DNA from: Bugula neritina
Lineage: Eukaryota > Animalia > Bryozoa
Direction of reading: 5' to 3'
DNA: 64,000 bases
Assembly (NCBI GenBank): GCA_964035545.1
Contig: OZ037766.1
Coordinates: 23,796,767-23,860,766 of the forward strand
The translations under genes and the position numbers were made by a program. Below the pieces are notes generated by a model. That model was given only the letters and a program-made list of their open reading frames with translations, did no database searches and had not been told where the DNA came from. Below are positions 1-13,200 of this stretch, in pieces (positions within the stretch are counted from its first letter, which is position 1; each line of letters opens with the position of its first letter).

Positions 1-450
1 ATAATTGATAAGATCTCTCTCTACAGATCGCTACTAGTAGCTGTTCTGCTGCATGTGATCTGTTGAACTCTGTGACATGTAGGTAGTCGAGTATTCAGAC
101 AATCTTATGCCCCGAGACTAGCTCACTTAAATATTACTAAAAAAAGCTAATTGTCAATAAACAAAGTTTATCAAAATTGTTTGAGTTCGAAATGTTATGA
201 GTTCCACACTGAAGTATACGGGCCCCAGCCTTTGCAGCAAGCCATCATCATACAATGGCCAAATGTCTTGCCAAGGCGAATGTTTTTAATTCTCTATGAC
301 AGCAATTTATTTTAGCTGTAAAAATAGTTAAAATACGTGTAAAGTTTCAACTACTTTAAAAAACGTAGCTGAGTTTCTAATAACTGGCTAATATTGAGAT
401 CCATCTATCGACTTAGCACATAGCAACTACAGGTAAAAGCTAACACATGC

Positions 451-3400
451 CTTTGACAAAAGTGCCGGCAGAGCCTCAATAAAATGCTCCGTCATGTCGT
501 ATTTGTCATCTCTAGCTTGTTTCTGTTCCTTGCCAGTGAGTTTTCTGTGGGCAGCACCACGGCCAGGTGGGTACTCCCCCGTAGCGGCTTGATGCACACA
601 ACATGACATTATGTCTATGAGTCTAGACTCCTGGTCCTGCGTTAGTGCTGAGGAATAGAAACAGAACCTTAATAAAAGTTATAGACACATTTGCCTTTGG
701 TTAGGTTGGTAAATTAATCATAGATGGAAACAAAGGTTATTGGTTTGGTTGAGAAATAAGCAACACCAGAGAGCAGCTCTGGGAAGTTTATTAAAAACAA
801 ATTGAACCCTTGCAGCCTCAACCCACTTAGTTAGTTTAGTATTTAGCCTTCCACTCCAGGGTTAGTCTGATATTGGAGGAGATAAAGTTTCACTTGACAC
901 TTTTAAGTGAAAATGAAAGAGTTTAAACTAAGCTATATGCATATTGGTGTCCATCATATAACATGCGGCTGACAATATTATAAACAATATATTATTAATA
1001 ATATACAGAGAACAAAGTATAGAGAAATGATCTCAGCTTTATGGATGATCAACTTCTTAGTCTAAACTCTAAACCATCAGCTACAACTAGCAATAACTTG
1101 CAGAAACTTGTAAAGTTGCGTTTATACCTCTGCTGAAAAAAGTACTGATTTTTAGTTAATTTCACTCGTTCAAGTACCTGTTTATAGTTTTACTGAAACT
1201 CGGTAAAATCATATTGATGCGGAAGTTCACTTTTTAATAGTGGAATATGACTCGCTTAATCGCTATTTGATACCCATTAAAAGCGTAGTAAATTAGTAAA
1301 GTTGGCAGCATAAAATCGATAATTGGAAGGCGTAGTCTCGATACAATTATAAACATAGAAGCACGTCATCTTGTCGTTTAAGTCATAATTAAATACCGAT
1401 GTCTACAAGGAGTTATTACTCCTTTTGAGTATTATTCTGAACTTGGCCGATTAAGTTATCACAGTAGAACAATTTTAACGAGTGGCTTTTACAATGCAAT
1501 GCAACTCAGTAAAATTTCAAACGACCAAATTAAATTTCTGACTGAAAATCGTGAAGGTATAAACGCAACTTAAGAAGCTGGGTAGGAATAGTAAAGTGAA
1601 TCTACTATTGGTTGTAGTGATGAGTAAAAGTCACATACCTTCATCAGTGGCTGACTCATCTAGCAGTAACTCAGTCATTGCCTTCCAGTCCTTGAGCATT
1701 GGGTTGATGTCCCACAAAGAGTCCACCAGGTATGTGGCATGCTCGTGTAACTGTTTATAATAGTGAATACAATATAATATAATATAATAAATAACAATAA
1801 ATAAATAAAAGCAATAATAGTGAAAATAATTTGATATTTTAATGTAGAGAAATAACCATGTCAATGTTGAAGAGTAGTTTACTTAAAAAATAAAAATTCA
1901 AGACAAACATATAGCATTAAAAATTTTGATTATTATATAGTATTTTGGTAGTTTGACTACATATGGCTTGTCAAAAGTAATGTATAAAGTTATTTGGTGT
2001 ATTTACTGTTGATACTGCATTGCTAAAAACACTTGCAAATAACTTCAGAAAATTACAGAATACTTAGGCTAGTAGCACTTATTGCTATCTGCCAACATAT
2101 TGCTGGCAGTTCCAAGCAGCATAACCAAACAAGGCAAACTAGAAAATTTCTAACAAATTTCCCTAACATTGAAATACCACTGCATACTAGATATCAGTTC
2201 AGTTGTGTGGAATAATTGACAAACATAACAGGAATATGAAGTATAACACTATAGAAGGGAAGTCTACCTCAGATTCATGGAAGAACTGCACAACAGTCTT
2301 CAGCTTAGCATAGTTGGGGTTCTGCTCATTAGCCCCAGACTTTTTACCACGAGAAGGGGCGTCACTCTCTTCCCCCTCAGGACCATCTATCATCTTGAAA
2401 TTTAGGAAGTCAGCTGCCGCTTGGGCCACACCTACATATTATCAGTAGTTACAAGAACTCAGTATTCATTATATATAAACATACAAAACATTTAAGACCT
2501 TGAATAAAAGTTTTAATAATTTAAATAAAGCTCAACATATTTTTAATTTAAAGTAAAATAGTAAATTATCAAAAATTTTCAGTGAGCTGATCACCATCAA
2601 AGCCCCTTTTAAAATCAACCTCGAACAACTACTTGAATTTTACTGTGAAATAATAATTTTAAGAGAAATTACAGCATGATTAGGGAAATAACTCTAAATA
2701 TAGCTACAAAGTTAAGTGTACAGCAAATGATAAACTTACAAACGTATTGAGCAAGGCAGAACAAATTAAGAAATATCAAGTTTCAGCAGCAGTTGAAAGG
2801 CATACACAGCAGCAGAATATATTCCAACGTTTATAAACATTAGGAAAAATTAATTCACTTTACTAACAGTCAGGATGAACTTGAAATAATAACTATCAAG
2901 CAATTAAAAACACAGTTCATATTGTGCATTTGAAAAAAAAGAGGGAAAAATCAATCAAATTATATAGATCACTTTACTCATTAGTTAGTATGTAAAGTTA
3001 GCACACTTTATAATACTAATCTTGATTTTATTGGAAGACAGATGAAATACTTAAGAACAAATTCAACTGAGAAATTTACACCTAGTAGAAAAAAGACCAC
3101 TTTCTTACCTCTGTTACTAGAGAACACCAATTCATAGACATTCTCCGCATCTCTGAGGGACATGACGTTGGAATTGTTTCTACACAAACATATATATATA
3201 CTTTGATTACAACAAGTATACAGCATATAATAATATAATATGCTGCAGTAGAATATATCTCCAAAAACATTATGACATTAAAATTAATGAACATGATTTT
3301 ATGTTTAGGTTATCTTATTACCTCCTAAAATCACACTATGACTATAATTATATGATATGCAAGATAAGCTTGCATATTACACATGTACAGCCATCATTAA

Positions 3401-6400
3401 ATATAATTTATCAAATTAGTAAAAAAATACAAAAAATAACAATTGTGTCAGCAAAATATACTATATTCTATAGCACCATAACCATACTTATATAGAATGA
3501 AAAAATAGAAATATTGCTTAACTAAGACCTACTTGGTAATAACAAGTATAAGCTTGACAGCTGCAATGGCCACTTCATAATCCTTATCAAGAGTCATCTC
3601 CACTATGCGGTCTTTAAATCTGTGAGTAAACAACTCCAGTTTATTCTCATAGCCGTCTTCTAGTTCATACAAGGAGCTGATGGCTTTGACACATGTCAGT
3701 CGTACATCTGAAACCTACACATGGATATAAAATATATACATAGTTTGACACTCATAACAGGTACTTCCCATTATATCATCATATTTAAATCAGAAATAGT
3801 TTCATAGTACAACACTTCGTCCAAATCAATTATATGAAAAGAGAAAATGTATTTGAATGATTGACTTACACTCGGTAAGATCTTTAAACAATTACCTCAG
3901 CACTATAGAATGTCACACATTGACGAAATAACCATAATAACATAATAAATGTAATATTAGAATTAGAGTAACATTGCGATATCAAAAGGTCCTAGAAAAT
4001 TCCTACTTTTGCACTAGCTGTGAAATAACCTGTTTGAATATTTCATTAGCAAAAATTAAACTACATGCAATACAAAAGGACTAAATTCCCAAGCAAATAC
4101 ATTAAACTACTACAATACGGCCAATATACTATTATAAAGATATAATAAATCATCCACAATTAGTATACAAACATAACCAACACTGGTTCTAGTGGATATT
4201 CATTTAAAGCATACCCTGTCATATAGGGTCCAGCCGAGGTACTTGAGATAGCTGTCTTCAAGGTAGAGAGACGGCAACTTGCAGATCCATAGCCCGAGCT
4301 CATTGATCGATATGCTCCTGATGTCGGGCACCACATCTCTGTACCGGAAAACAAAGACGCCTCTAAATATGAAAGTCAGCATGTTGAGAAGCTCCGTGTG
4401 ATTTTGGTCCAACTACAAAACAGAAATTTAAAGAGTCTACTATAAACTGAATGACAGAGGAAAGGAGGCAGTGGACATAGTTTAGCTGCAAGGTCATTAG
4501 TAATTATTATAAATATCATTTAGGAAATCTCATTGTGGATAATTATTGACAGTTATCTTCCTTGTCAAAAACATATTCTACTAACAACTATTACTGAAAC
4601 AGAAAATCAACGGAATTGAGCAAAAGATGTAACAAATAAGGTTTTAAAATAAACAAAACATGTATTTATGAAAAATTGTCAAAATTTTATCTTAAAAAAA
4701 TGTATAACTATAGAATATTGCACCCAAAAACAACCTAAGCCATCAAGAACAGTCACATTGTTGCTATGAAATAATTTAAACCTTCCGCTCTATGTTCAAG
4801 CATTAAAAAAGCCATAGCCTTTATAATTCATTTAAAAAAAATAAGTTCATAAAAATTGGATGCATCGCCATTTGATACGGAGTCGTATAGTACAGAGCAT
4901 TAGCAGCCGCAGTAAATGCAAATTCTGAGATAGCCAAGAAAATGGAAATATAGCATGATCACAGCATGATGGGACGACATGCAGTAAAGACTTGAACAAA
5001 GTTTACATATTATTTTATAATTATAAGCCGCTATAGAGGTAGCTGATTCACTGTGTTTCCAAGTTTCGTACAATGTGAAAAAAATTTTTATTGGGTGTTT
5101 GGGAACAGTTGCATTGAATGAAACTACAACCGTATGTTCATGCAAACTGCAACGACTAATTCATTCACACAATTGGAAGTCATTGGAACGCAGTGATTAA
5201 GAAAAACCCCACACTACACAATAGTAGCAACCAACCTCCTGCTTCTTGTGTTGCAGGGCGTTCAGTCTCTCCCCCGCCTTTTTACTCTGGTGCTTACTCT
5301 TCTCACTCTCGTACTGCCTCCTCGCATTCTCCTTGGCCTGCTCCACCGACACAGCCACGTCCACTAGGGCCGTCATCAGCTTCATCGCTATGGAAACCAA
5401 GTGGCTCTTAGAAACCGTGATACAACTAATAGTAGTTATACAGCAGCACTGGTTGCGCTAGCACTCATACAGTAGTCATAGTCATACAAGTAATCATACA
5501 GCTGTGGTAGTTACACTAAAAGTTAACTCATCCACCTACTGGTTATACTATCAATTATTATATTAAATACATAACACTGGATTTGAAAGTTAATAGCTAA
5601 ACCTTGAGCATATTTCAAGTTTTATCAAAAACCCTTGGTGAAAGGGTGTACTATTACTAAACTACTAAAGAGCGTATCAATTATTCAGTAACTTGTAATA
5701 AATATTAAGTACTATACTAACTACTCAGTAATGCACTAATTACTCACTAATGTAACAACTGCTCACTAATGTATCAACTGTTCAGTACCATACTAACTAC
5801 TCTGCAATGCACTAACTACTCAGTATAGTACAACTCACTCAAGAGAGTGCTGGTGTGTCTGAAGGCACGGACTTGAGAATCAGTGAGACCGGTGAGAAAG
5901 CTGGAAATGTTATCCACAAGATATCCGTCGTACACAAAGCTATGCTGACACTGTTGAATCACATGACGTATAAAGTCAGCAAGATTAGCCCTAAGCTTCT
6001 TGTAGTTTCTGTCGGCCATTATCAGTGGGTAATCAGCAGATTCCTGGAATATAACAGGTAGTGGATGAATAAAGAGAGGACGAATCATTGACTCACGCAG
6101 AATAACGGTGCTCTGTAGCAAAAACGTCAAGTGCTACAGAGATTTGTGTCATGACATCACAGTCAATAGCTTGAATTTCAATGTTTACTTGGAATTGTAG
6201 AGTGAAAACACAAAGAAGAAACTTACTAGATACTATATACACTTATAGATACTATATAAAACCATGATATAAATATAAGATGAATATATGATGGAAACAC
6301 AGCTTATAGAGGCATGATATAGAGGTATGATATAGAAAGTTGATATAGATATGGTAGAAAGAAATGATATAGATATAAACACACGATATATAGACATGAT

Positions 6401-7399
6401 GTAAACTTATGAAATAGAGAATAGATATACGATATAAACACATTCAATAAAGATATTATATAGAGACATGGGGCTGATAGTATAAAATAAGTTCAACTCA
6501 AGCAGACATGCCTCATCAAACTCTTCAGTCATTTTCCTGATGATCTCGGCAAACTCCATGTTAGCCTGCATCTCCTCATCAATGTGTCCCCGACATCCGG
6601 AACTTTGAATAAACAACTGAAACATCTGAAGTAGTCCGGTGTCTCTGTCATTCTTGTACACTTCTACCCAGTCCTGAGCTACCGACTGCAACACAGAGGG
6701 GTTGATTTAGATATAAGCAAATACATGCGTTTGGAAAAAGAGAAAATCTTGAAAATAAAAAAGTAAGCTATAACTAAAAGTTCCTTTTATGCAACTTGAA
6801 TGAAAATTAAAAGATTTTGCACTGATGTTACTAAACGATTTAATAACAATTGGGGTTATAAATATAATTTGTGTATAAATAGTGAACTTTAAATAATTCA
6901 TAAATTTATGGAGATTTATGTCAGCTTAACCTTGTACCCAAAACAAAACTGGCAGAGGGCACTGCATAGGTTACCTGCATGTCCGCCCGAGTACTTATTA
7001 GTAATTCAAATAAAGGTTTTCCTGCCGAGGTTTTGCTGTGGTGAACTTTCCTCTTCTGGCGAGGAGGAGGGGGCATGAGGTCTCCCTCGTCTGCTTCAGT
7101 TGATGCTGAACACAGTTTACGATATTAAAATCAATAATATAGCATAGCTATGATATAAAAATGTAAGAGACAAAAGTTAAGCGAGTGAACTTGACATGAA
7201 CATAATATGAATATGCAACATAGGCCGTGCTACAACAAGATTACTTTAAAACTTTACTGCTAAACTCAACAAAAAGAATTACAAAGAGCTCAAATAACCT
7301 ACCTGTTTGCGAGGCATCACGACGTCTAGTTGAGGGTTGTTGAACATTGGCGATGGTTTCTTTAGCAACTAGCTTAGCTTTCCTTGTACCAGGCATCAT
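451..7399 (-). CDS. STAG1/STAG2: Cohesin subunit SA/stromalin (Scc3/STAG family); first 11 coding exons, gene continues left of the window
   Basis: Phase-consistent exons (-): 7303-7399, 6975-7105, 6512-6685, 5839-6043, 5236-5387, 4215-4412, 3533-3714, 3109-3179, 2268-2431, 1639-1750, 451-647. Translation shows STAG hallmarks [75 protein letters not shown]. Paralogue identity cannot be fixed without a tree. Confidence 0.96.
1114..1571. mobile_element. Non-autonomous DNA element (MITE), possibly Kolobok-like
   Basis: Terminal inverted repeats AGTTGCGTTTATACCT (~1114-1129) and AGGTATAAACGCAACT (~1555-1570), with TTAA-like flanks; no ORF; lies in a STAG intron. Confidence 0.65.
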
Positions 7400-8699
7400 G
7401 CACTAACTCCACAGTGCACTAAAAAGCAGTAGTAAAACTGAAGATATGTGTTTTAGATTTTTACGTATGATCATGTGATGAAAAATTTTCCAGTATGATC
7501 TCGACTATGCAATAGATTAACAAAATAATAGTGAACTAAAAAAAAGTTTGAACAAAATGCAAATCTGATACTGATTAACCATATGGTAGTTTAAGTAATT
7601 TACTAGTAGTAGTGGTAGTAATTGTAGTAGTGGTGGTGGTGGTGGTGGTAGTGGTAGTAGTAATGGTACTGTACTAGTACTACGCATTCAGTTTGCTATA
7701 GCAAAAGCAATCAAACTCTGCTCATGCTGCCAGCAAAGCAAAGGATATCGCTTTCAGCCTTTCAAAAAACTTGGTCATCATGTTCCTGAGTGCTCACAGT
7801 AACAGTCACTCACACTGTCCCAGGAAAGAAGACTTTAAAGTTTAATAGCATGACTTGATAGTCAAAATATTATCGTAAATAACCATTATTTTTATATCGA
7901 GTTTGGTAGACCTTCGGATTTTTAGAAGAACGAAATCATAAAATTATTGGCGTAAGGTAAAGATGGTACAGGCAATAATAGCAAAAATGAAAAATAGTAG
8001 GTAAAATGACACATTTTAATATTGGGGTTGGAGTGCTGGGTGGGGGTTTGGGCAAATTCAACATCAGTCTGCCATGTTTACCTACTTTTAGTTATACATT
8101 TGTGCCATTTTTACATGTGCCATTTAATTTTCACCTAAATTCCAATGTTAATTTAATTATCACTATAATAATGATAATCAATATCGAAATTTATAATCAT
8201 TATGATTATGAGTAATGAGTGGTTGTTCCAATTAGAGAAAGACTATCACTACATTTATATTTATACAGTTAATGTTATAGTAACTGTAATGTAACGATAA
8301 TATTGATATTCTATAAACTAAATCTAAAACATTCACCATTAACTTAAATTCACCGCGTCTATTGGGCTTGGCAATGACACCATGATTATAATTCAGATTA
8401 TGACTATTTCTATTACTATTAGCATCATTTTATTTTTAATTTAATATTATGATTCTGATAGACGTGATACTCATACAGTCATAGTGATAGTGAATTTGGT
8501 TAACTTCGAAGACAAAGTCAAATGTTATGCTAAAACTTGAAACCTAATCATCAACGCACTTTATTCAAGCCTTATTAGCGCTTTTATTGTAATGTTTATG
8601 TTTATATTATCACTCTATGGTTATACTCCAAGATAATCACTTACAATGATAATAATATTATAACGACAAATAGTAATACTAATACAGTGAATAACAAAC

Positions 8700-8910
8700 T
8701 CAAAACGAAAATAGCTCTCAACTACGATCACACCGATAATTATCTGCAAATGCGATTGGCGCCGATTACTAAACAGCGTTAGTTGGAGCCCCTATCGAAC
8801 TGCAACCCAATTATAATTAAATTTCTACCTGATGATTTTTGCTAAGCTCTTAATAAAACCGCTCAATTTATCACTGAAGTAGAATATTATGTATTCCAAT
8901 TAAGTGCTTT
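8700..8910. promoter_or_regulatory. Putative bidirectional promoter for STAG and DDX11
   Basis: Local CpG cluster between divergent genes. ATTGG at 8755 overlaps E2F-like TTGGCGCC (8756-8763); CCAAT at 8807 and 8896. A - strand GTAAGT donor near 8640-8645 suggests a STAG 5'UTR exon. Confidence 0.5.
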
Positions 8911-10284
8911 CTACTCAAGCAGCTGCAAATAGACCGTGTTTCACAGCAGCAAGAAGTAGTCAAACCTGAGACTAAATTGGTGGGGCCCGTAAAGAAAGAC
9001 AAATAAAGATAGCAATAAACAGTTGATGTCTGATTTTTGTTTCATGCTGCTAGGAAAACAGTAACACATTATGATTAAGGATAAAAATATTTTAATGATT
9101 AACATCAATAAAATAATCTGAATAGGTGAATTACTGAATACCAAAGATGAATATTTAAATTATAATATTTACTGTTAGTGTTTATAATTGTATTTTTTCA
9201 TCTTTCTGGCATTGTTTTACTTTTATTTTTACCTGTGATTTTGTTATTTGCCATTTTTAAATTCAAATTGAAATTCAAGTTCAAGTTGTTTTGTAAACTT
9301 AAACTTTAACTTAAACGTCTCAAAGTTCTTCATATTGATATTTATAAATGATGTTGTATAATTCACATTATCATTATGAGTATGGTTGTTAGATTTATTA
9401 AGAACAACTACAAGTATCGTATAACAGTATCACCATCAGTATAACTATAAGTATAAGTTTGAGTTCCACTCACAGTGACAGTCACACAATCACAATGTGA
9501 ATGGCAATCTCAATCTCACTATGACTATCAGTATCACTATCAGTATCTGTACGTAGGTGGATAATAATTATAATAATCATATGATTGTCATGTAACTTAG
9601 TTTTGGTGCTAAACTCAAACTGTGGGTGCTACTAATACTACTACTAGTGCTAATACTAATAGTAATAATCATTGTAATATGCCGTATAATATTAGTTGTT
9701 CTTGAGTGCATATAATACAAGGGCTTTGTTTATAACTATTTATTTTTTCTAGGACATTATACCAGCTGATAATGAGTGTCGCATCTGTGCCTCCTTCACC
9801 TTGCATACAAATAAACTTAGGCTATAAATAAAGATCTGCTAAACTCAACATTTTCTCATTCTGTAACTGTGTTATTGGTGTATGTGTTACTAGAAAATCT
9901 TCTAGTTCTTCACTGTTAATAAAGCATTTATCTAGATGCTAGAATAAAACAGATTATACAGAATACTGTTATTGTGTTCTTAACTAATGGGTTAAAGTTT
10001 ATCAGTTCTGACAGCAATAATTTTGAAATGCTAACTTTTATCCAATAGCCATGGCTGTTAATTGAATTTCTCTTATAGCATTTGTATTAGATTTTTCAAG
10101 GGTTTTTATATATTTTTTTAAAATGCCAATAGTTCAGCTAATTATAATTTAACAATCTTTCTAAGTTTATGCATTTAAACACTTCTAGCTCACTTACCAT
10201 CTTAAAACTACCAAAATGTTTTTAACCTAGTTTACATCATTATAGTTTAAGGTTGCTTATTCAGCTGCAATTATTGGTTGCACC

Positions 10285-13200
10285 ATGGATGACCTTGAAG
10301 ACTGGGGTGATGATGAACTTTTCCTAGCAGTTGCAGGTACCCTACATCACATGTAATCATCCTATTTTCTAAAAATGTAGATGATCACTATTCATTGGTC
10401 CTATTTATAACATCTTGCAGCTACGTTCAGAATGCTTGAAAATCTCATCTCTTTGTCTTGCATATATCTCAATATAAACTGATTTTCTACTAATTTTGAT
10501 ATTACTAGGTTAACTAATTATACTTTTTTTGGTTTTATTTTTATGCTCTGTCATCCATTAGTTTTGTCGGAGGCCACTCTACAACTGTTTACATATTTTG
10601 CAAACCTCTATGTGATATTACTTTTCATTTCCTGTGCAACAACTCTTCACCAGGTAGTCAGGTTCCCAAGGAGTTTCCTTTCCCATTTGAGCCCTATGAA
10701 ATACAAAAGCAGCTTATGGCTAAAATATATGAAGTTTTGGATCTAAAGAAGATTGGTATATTTGAAAGTCCCACAGGAACTGTAAGTTTGATTCATTTGC
10801 TACTCTATTTATCCCACTAAGTTGTTTGATTGATGATCGTAGGTGATTTTGACACAATAGTCTGGCAGAAAAATGCCAATTTTTGACTTAGGTTCGCAAC
10901 CCCGGATAAAGTTTTTTTCTCTTCTGATTATTCAAATATAGGGTCTAGGTAAATGTTTCCAGGTGGGTGTGGACTTCTTACCCTTGAGCATTTTGAGAAA
11001 TTCAAGATGGCCGCCAGGCACCAAGCGATTTTTTCTAATTTAAATGCACCTACCCATTGGGGCTAAATTTAAGGTTCCAATGCTTTGAAATCTTTAGAAA
11101 TTGATATAATAAAGATGCATGTGCCTTTATCATAATTATGTATTATTGAGTAATAGGTAAATGATACCCAATGGTAACTAAGCTAAGCCTTAATCATTCA
11201 TTTTTTCAAGTTTAACCTAGCCTTGCCGTGTTTATAATTTCCTTGCATCTCTGCATCAGTTTGTTCTAACTTCATGAAAATTTACTATATGGTGTGATTT
11301 TATATGCTGATTACAAATATGTCCACCAAATAAAGCTGAAAGGGGTTCTGCAAACTTAAAATGCAACGTCATTGCCATATGAGCTAAATAGCAATTTATT
11401 TCCAACTGGCATGCCTATCGAAAAGGTTTGTTGAGCTGCCAACTAAATAGTTATTTTCAGTTTTAAAATTTAGCTATGTTTTTTAAAGTTATAAAAAGAG
11501 GTCAACAACCTTGATAACACAGCACCATGGCTTCTTAACATAATTTAATTGCTTTATTATTGACACATCATTTATCTAAATATTGACATTTTTTCTTTCG
11601 AAAACTATTTCTACAATCAGCACATTTCACTTTTCCTCTAAAAGCATTTGTAAACAGTTTTTTATGAATGAAAATGTATTTTATGCTGAGGGAAGTAATA
11701 CATCTATTAGAACAGTGGTTCCCTACCTTTTTCATACCAATCCCCTTTCATTAACGTTTACTATTAATTTCTCCCTTTTTAATGACCTATGTTGGGTGCG
11801 CTGGAACACTAACAGCTGAAAGTGATTTGGTAGAAGTAGTTAATTCTACTTTTGGTGATTTCTCCAAAATGCCAAATAGAAAAAGTTTCTCCATAATGTA
11901 CAAGGTCTGAGAATATTGGTGGGACAACTGTTAAAGCCAGTCTTGATGAAAGTGTAATCACTAGCATGAAGAAGCTTGAAAAGATGTTGAGTAAGATTGC
12001 AGAGAGCTCAAGAACAGCAAAACTGCGGGCCATGTGCTTTATTGGACCAATTTTTACCATCAACACCCACATCGTAGCTGTTAGAGAATGAGATTGGGCC
12101 TTACACCTAGCAATGGAAGAGGAAATGCACTATCTGCATAGCGTGAAGGTCATGCCACAAGATGTAAGGATTGAATTTGCCGCTGGTAACCACACAATGC
12201 ATCATAAACGCGGCCAGCTCGACGGCATCTGGTCGAACATGACCATTGAGGTGACCTTCGTAAGATTTGGTCACAGCAAGGGGAATCATTGGCATCACCA
12301 CTAAATCCGAAACTCTCAAGGTGTGGGTGTACAGCACTTCTGCATGCAGCAAGATACAGTATGGCCGCAGTGACATCAGGGATAAGTCTGAAATAAATGC
12401 TTTTACTGCTCATAAGGATGAGATGCAATCAAGAATCCAATCTGATTCAAAGGACAAGGAGTCTGTCAAACGGAAGATTGAACTCTGCAATGACCCACTC
12501 AAAGAATGATGCCACCCAGTTGCTCTTGTCAATATTGAAGCAGATAAGTGCAACTGAGATGAGGATGCTTCGAAACATTACAATATGAATTGGGAAGACC
12601 ATGTAACAAATGATAATATAAATGAGGAGGCCAAAATAGAAGCTATCGCAATAGACATGAGGAGGAGACCTCTTCAATGGTATGGACATGTGCGCAGAAG
12701 AGATACGGAGGAAGATATTATAATGGTGGCTGAGATGAAGATACAGAGAAAGAGAGGGGGGGGACAAAAAAGGTTAATGGATACAGTGAAGGATGGCATA
12801 CTGAAATGTGGCTTCTCAGATAAAGATGTTGACAATAGAATCAGATGACACTCTCTGATAGCACTTGGTGCCCTGCAAAACCACTACTCATCCTGGACCA
12901 CAGCGTATACTGGGTGAGAAGGTTTGAGACAAAGCCCTATAATGAACAATTTGCTGTCTTCCCATGGCCTCTCAGGGGCAACAATGTAAAATATTGGAAA
13001 GGGAGTCATACTAAATGTCTTGGTAGAAGGAAAGTGTGATTTGGTGACACTAGTGCTTTTTTTCAGGATGACTATTCATACAAGCTACCAAGTTTATGCT
13101 ATGTTGCTACAATTATGCAAAGTGCTTCTCCATGACATCTACAAGACAAAAGGCTTGGGAAACCAAGGTCAGCAATGCTATTTGCGATGTGCCTTCAACT

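Noticed and set aside
8930-9830. Possible small gene between STAG and DDX11 (ORF 8941-9144; exon-like pieces at ~9026-9060 and ~9753-9830)
   Set aside because: No recognisable product in any frame; more simply explained as DDX11 5'UTR exons.
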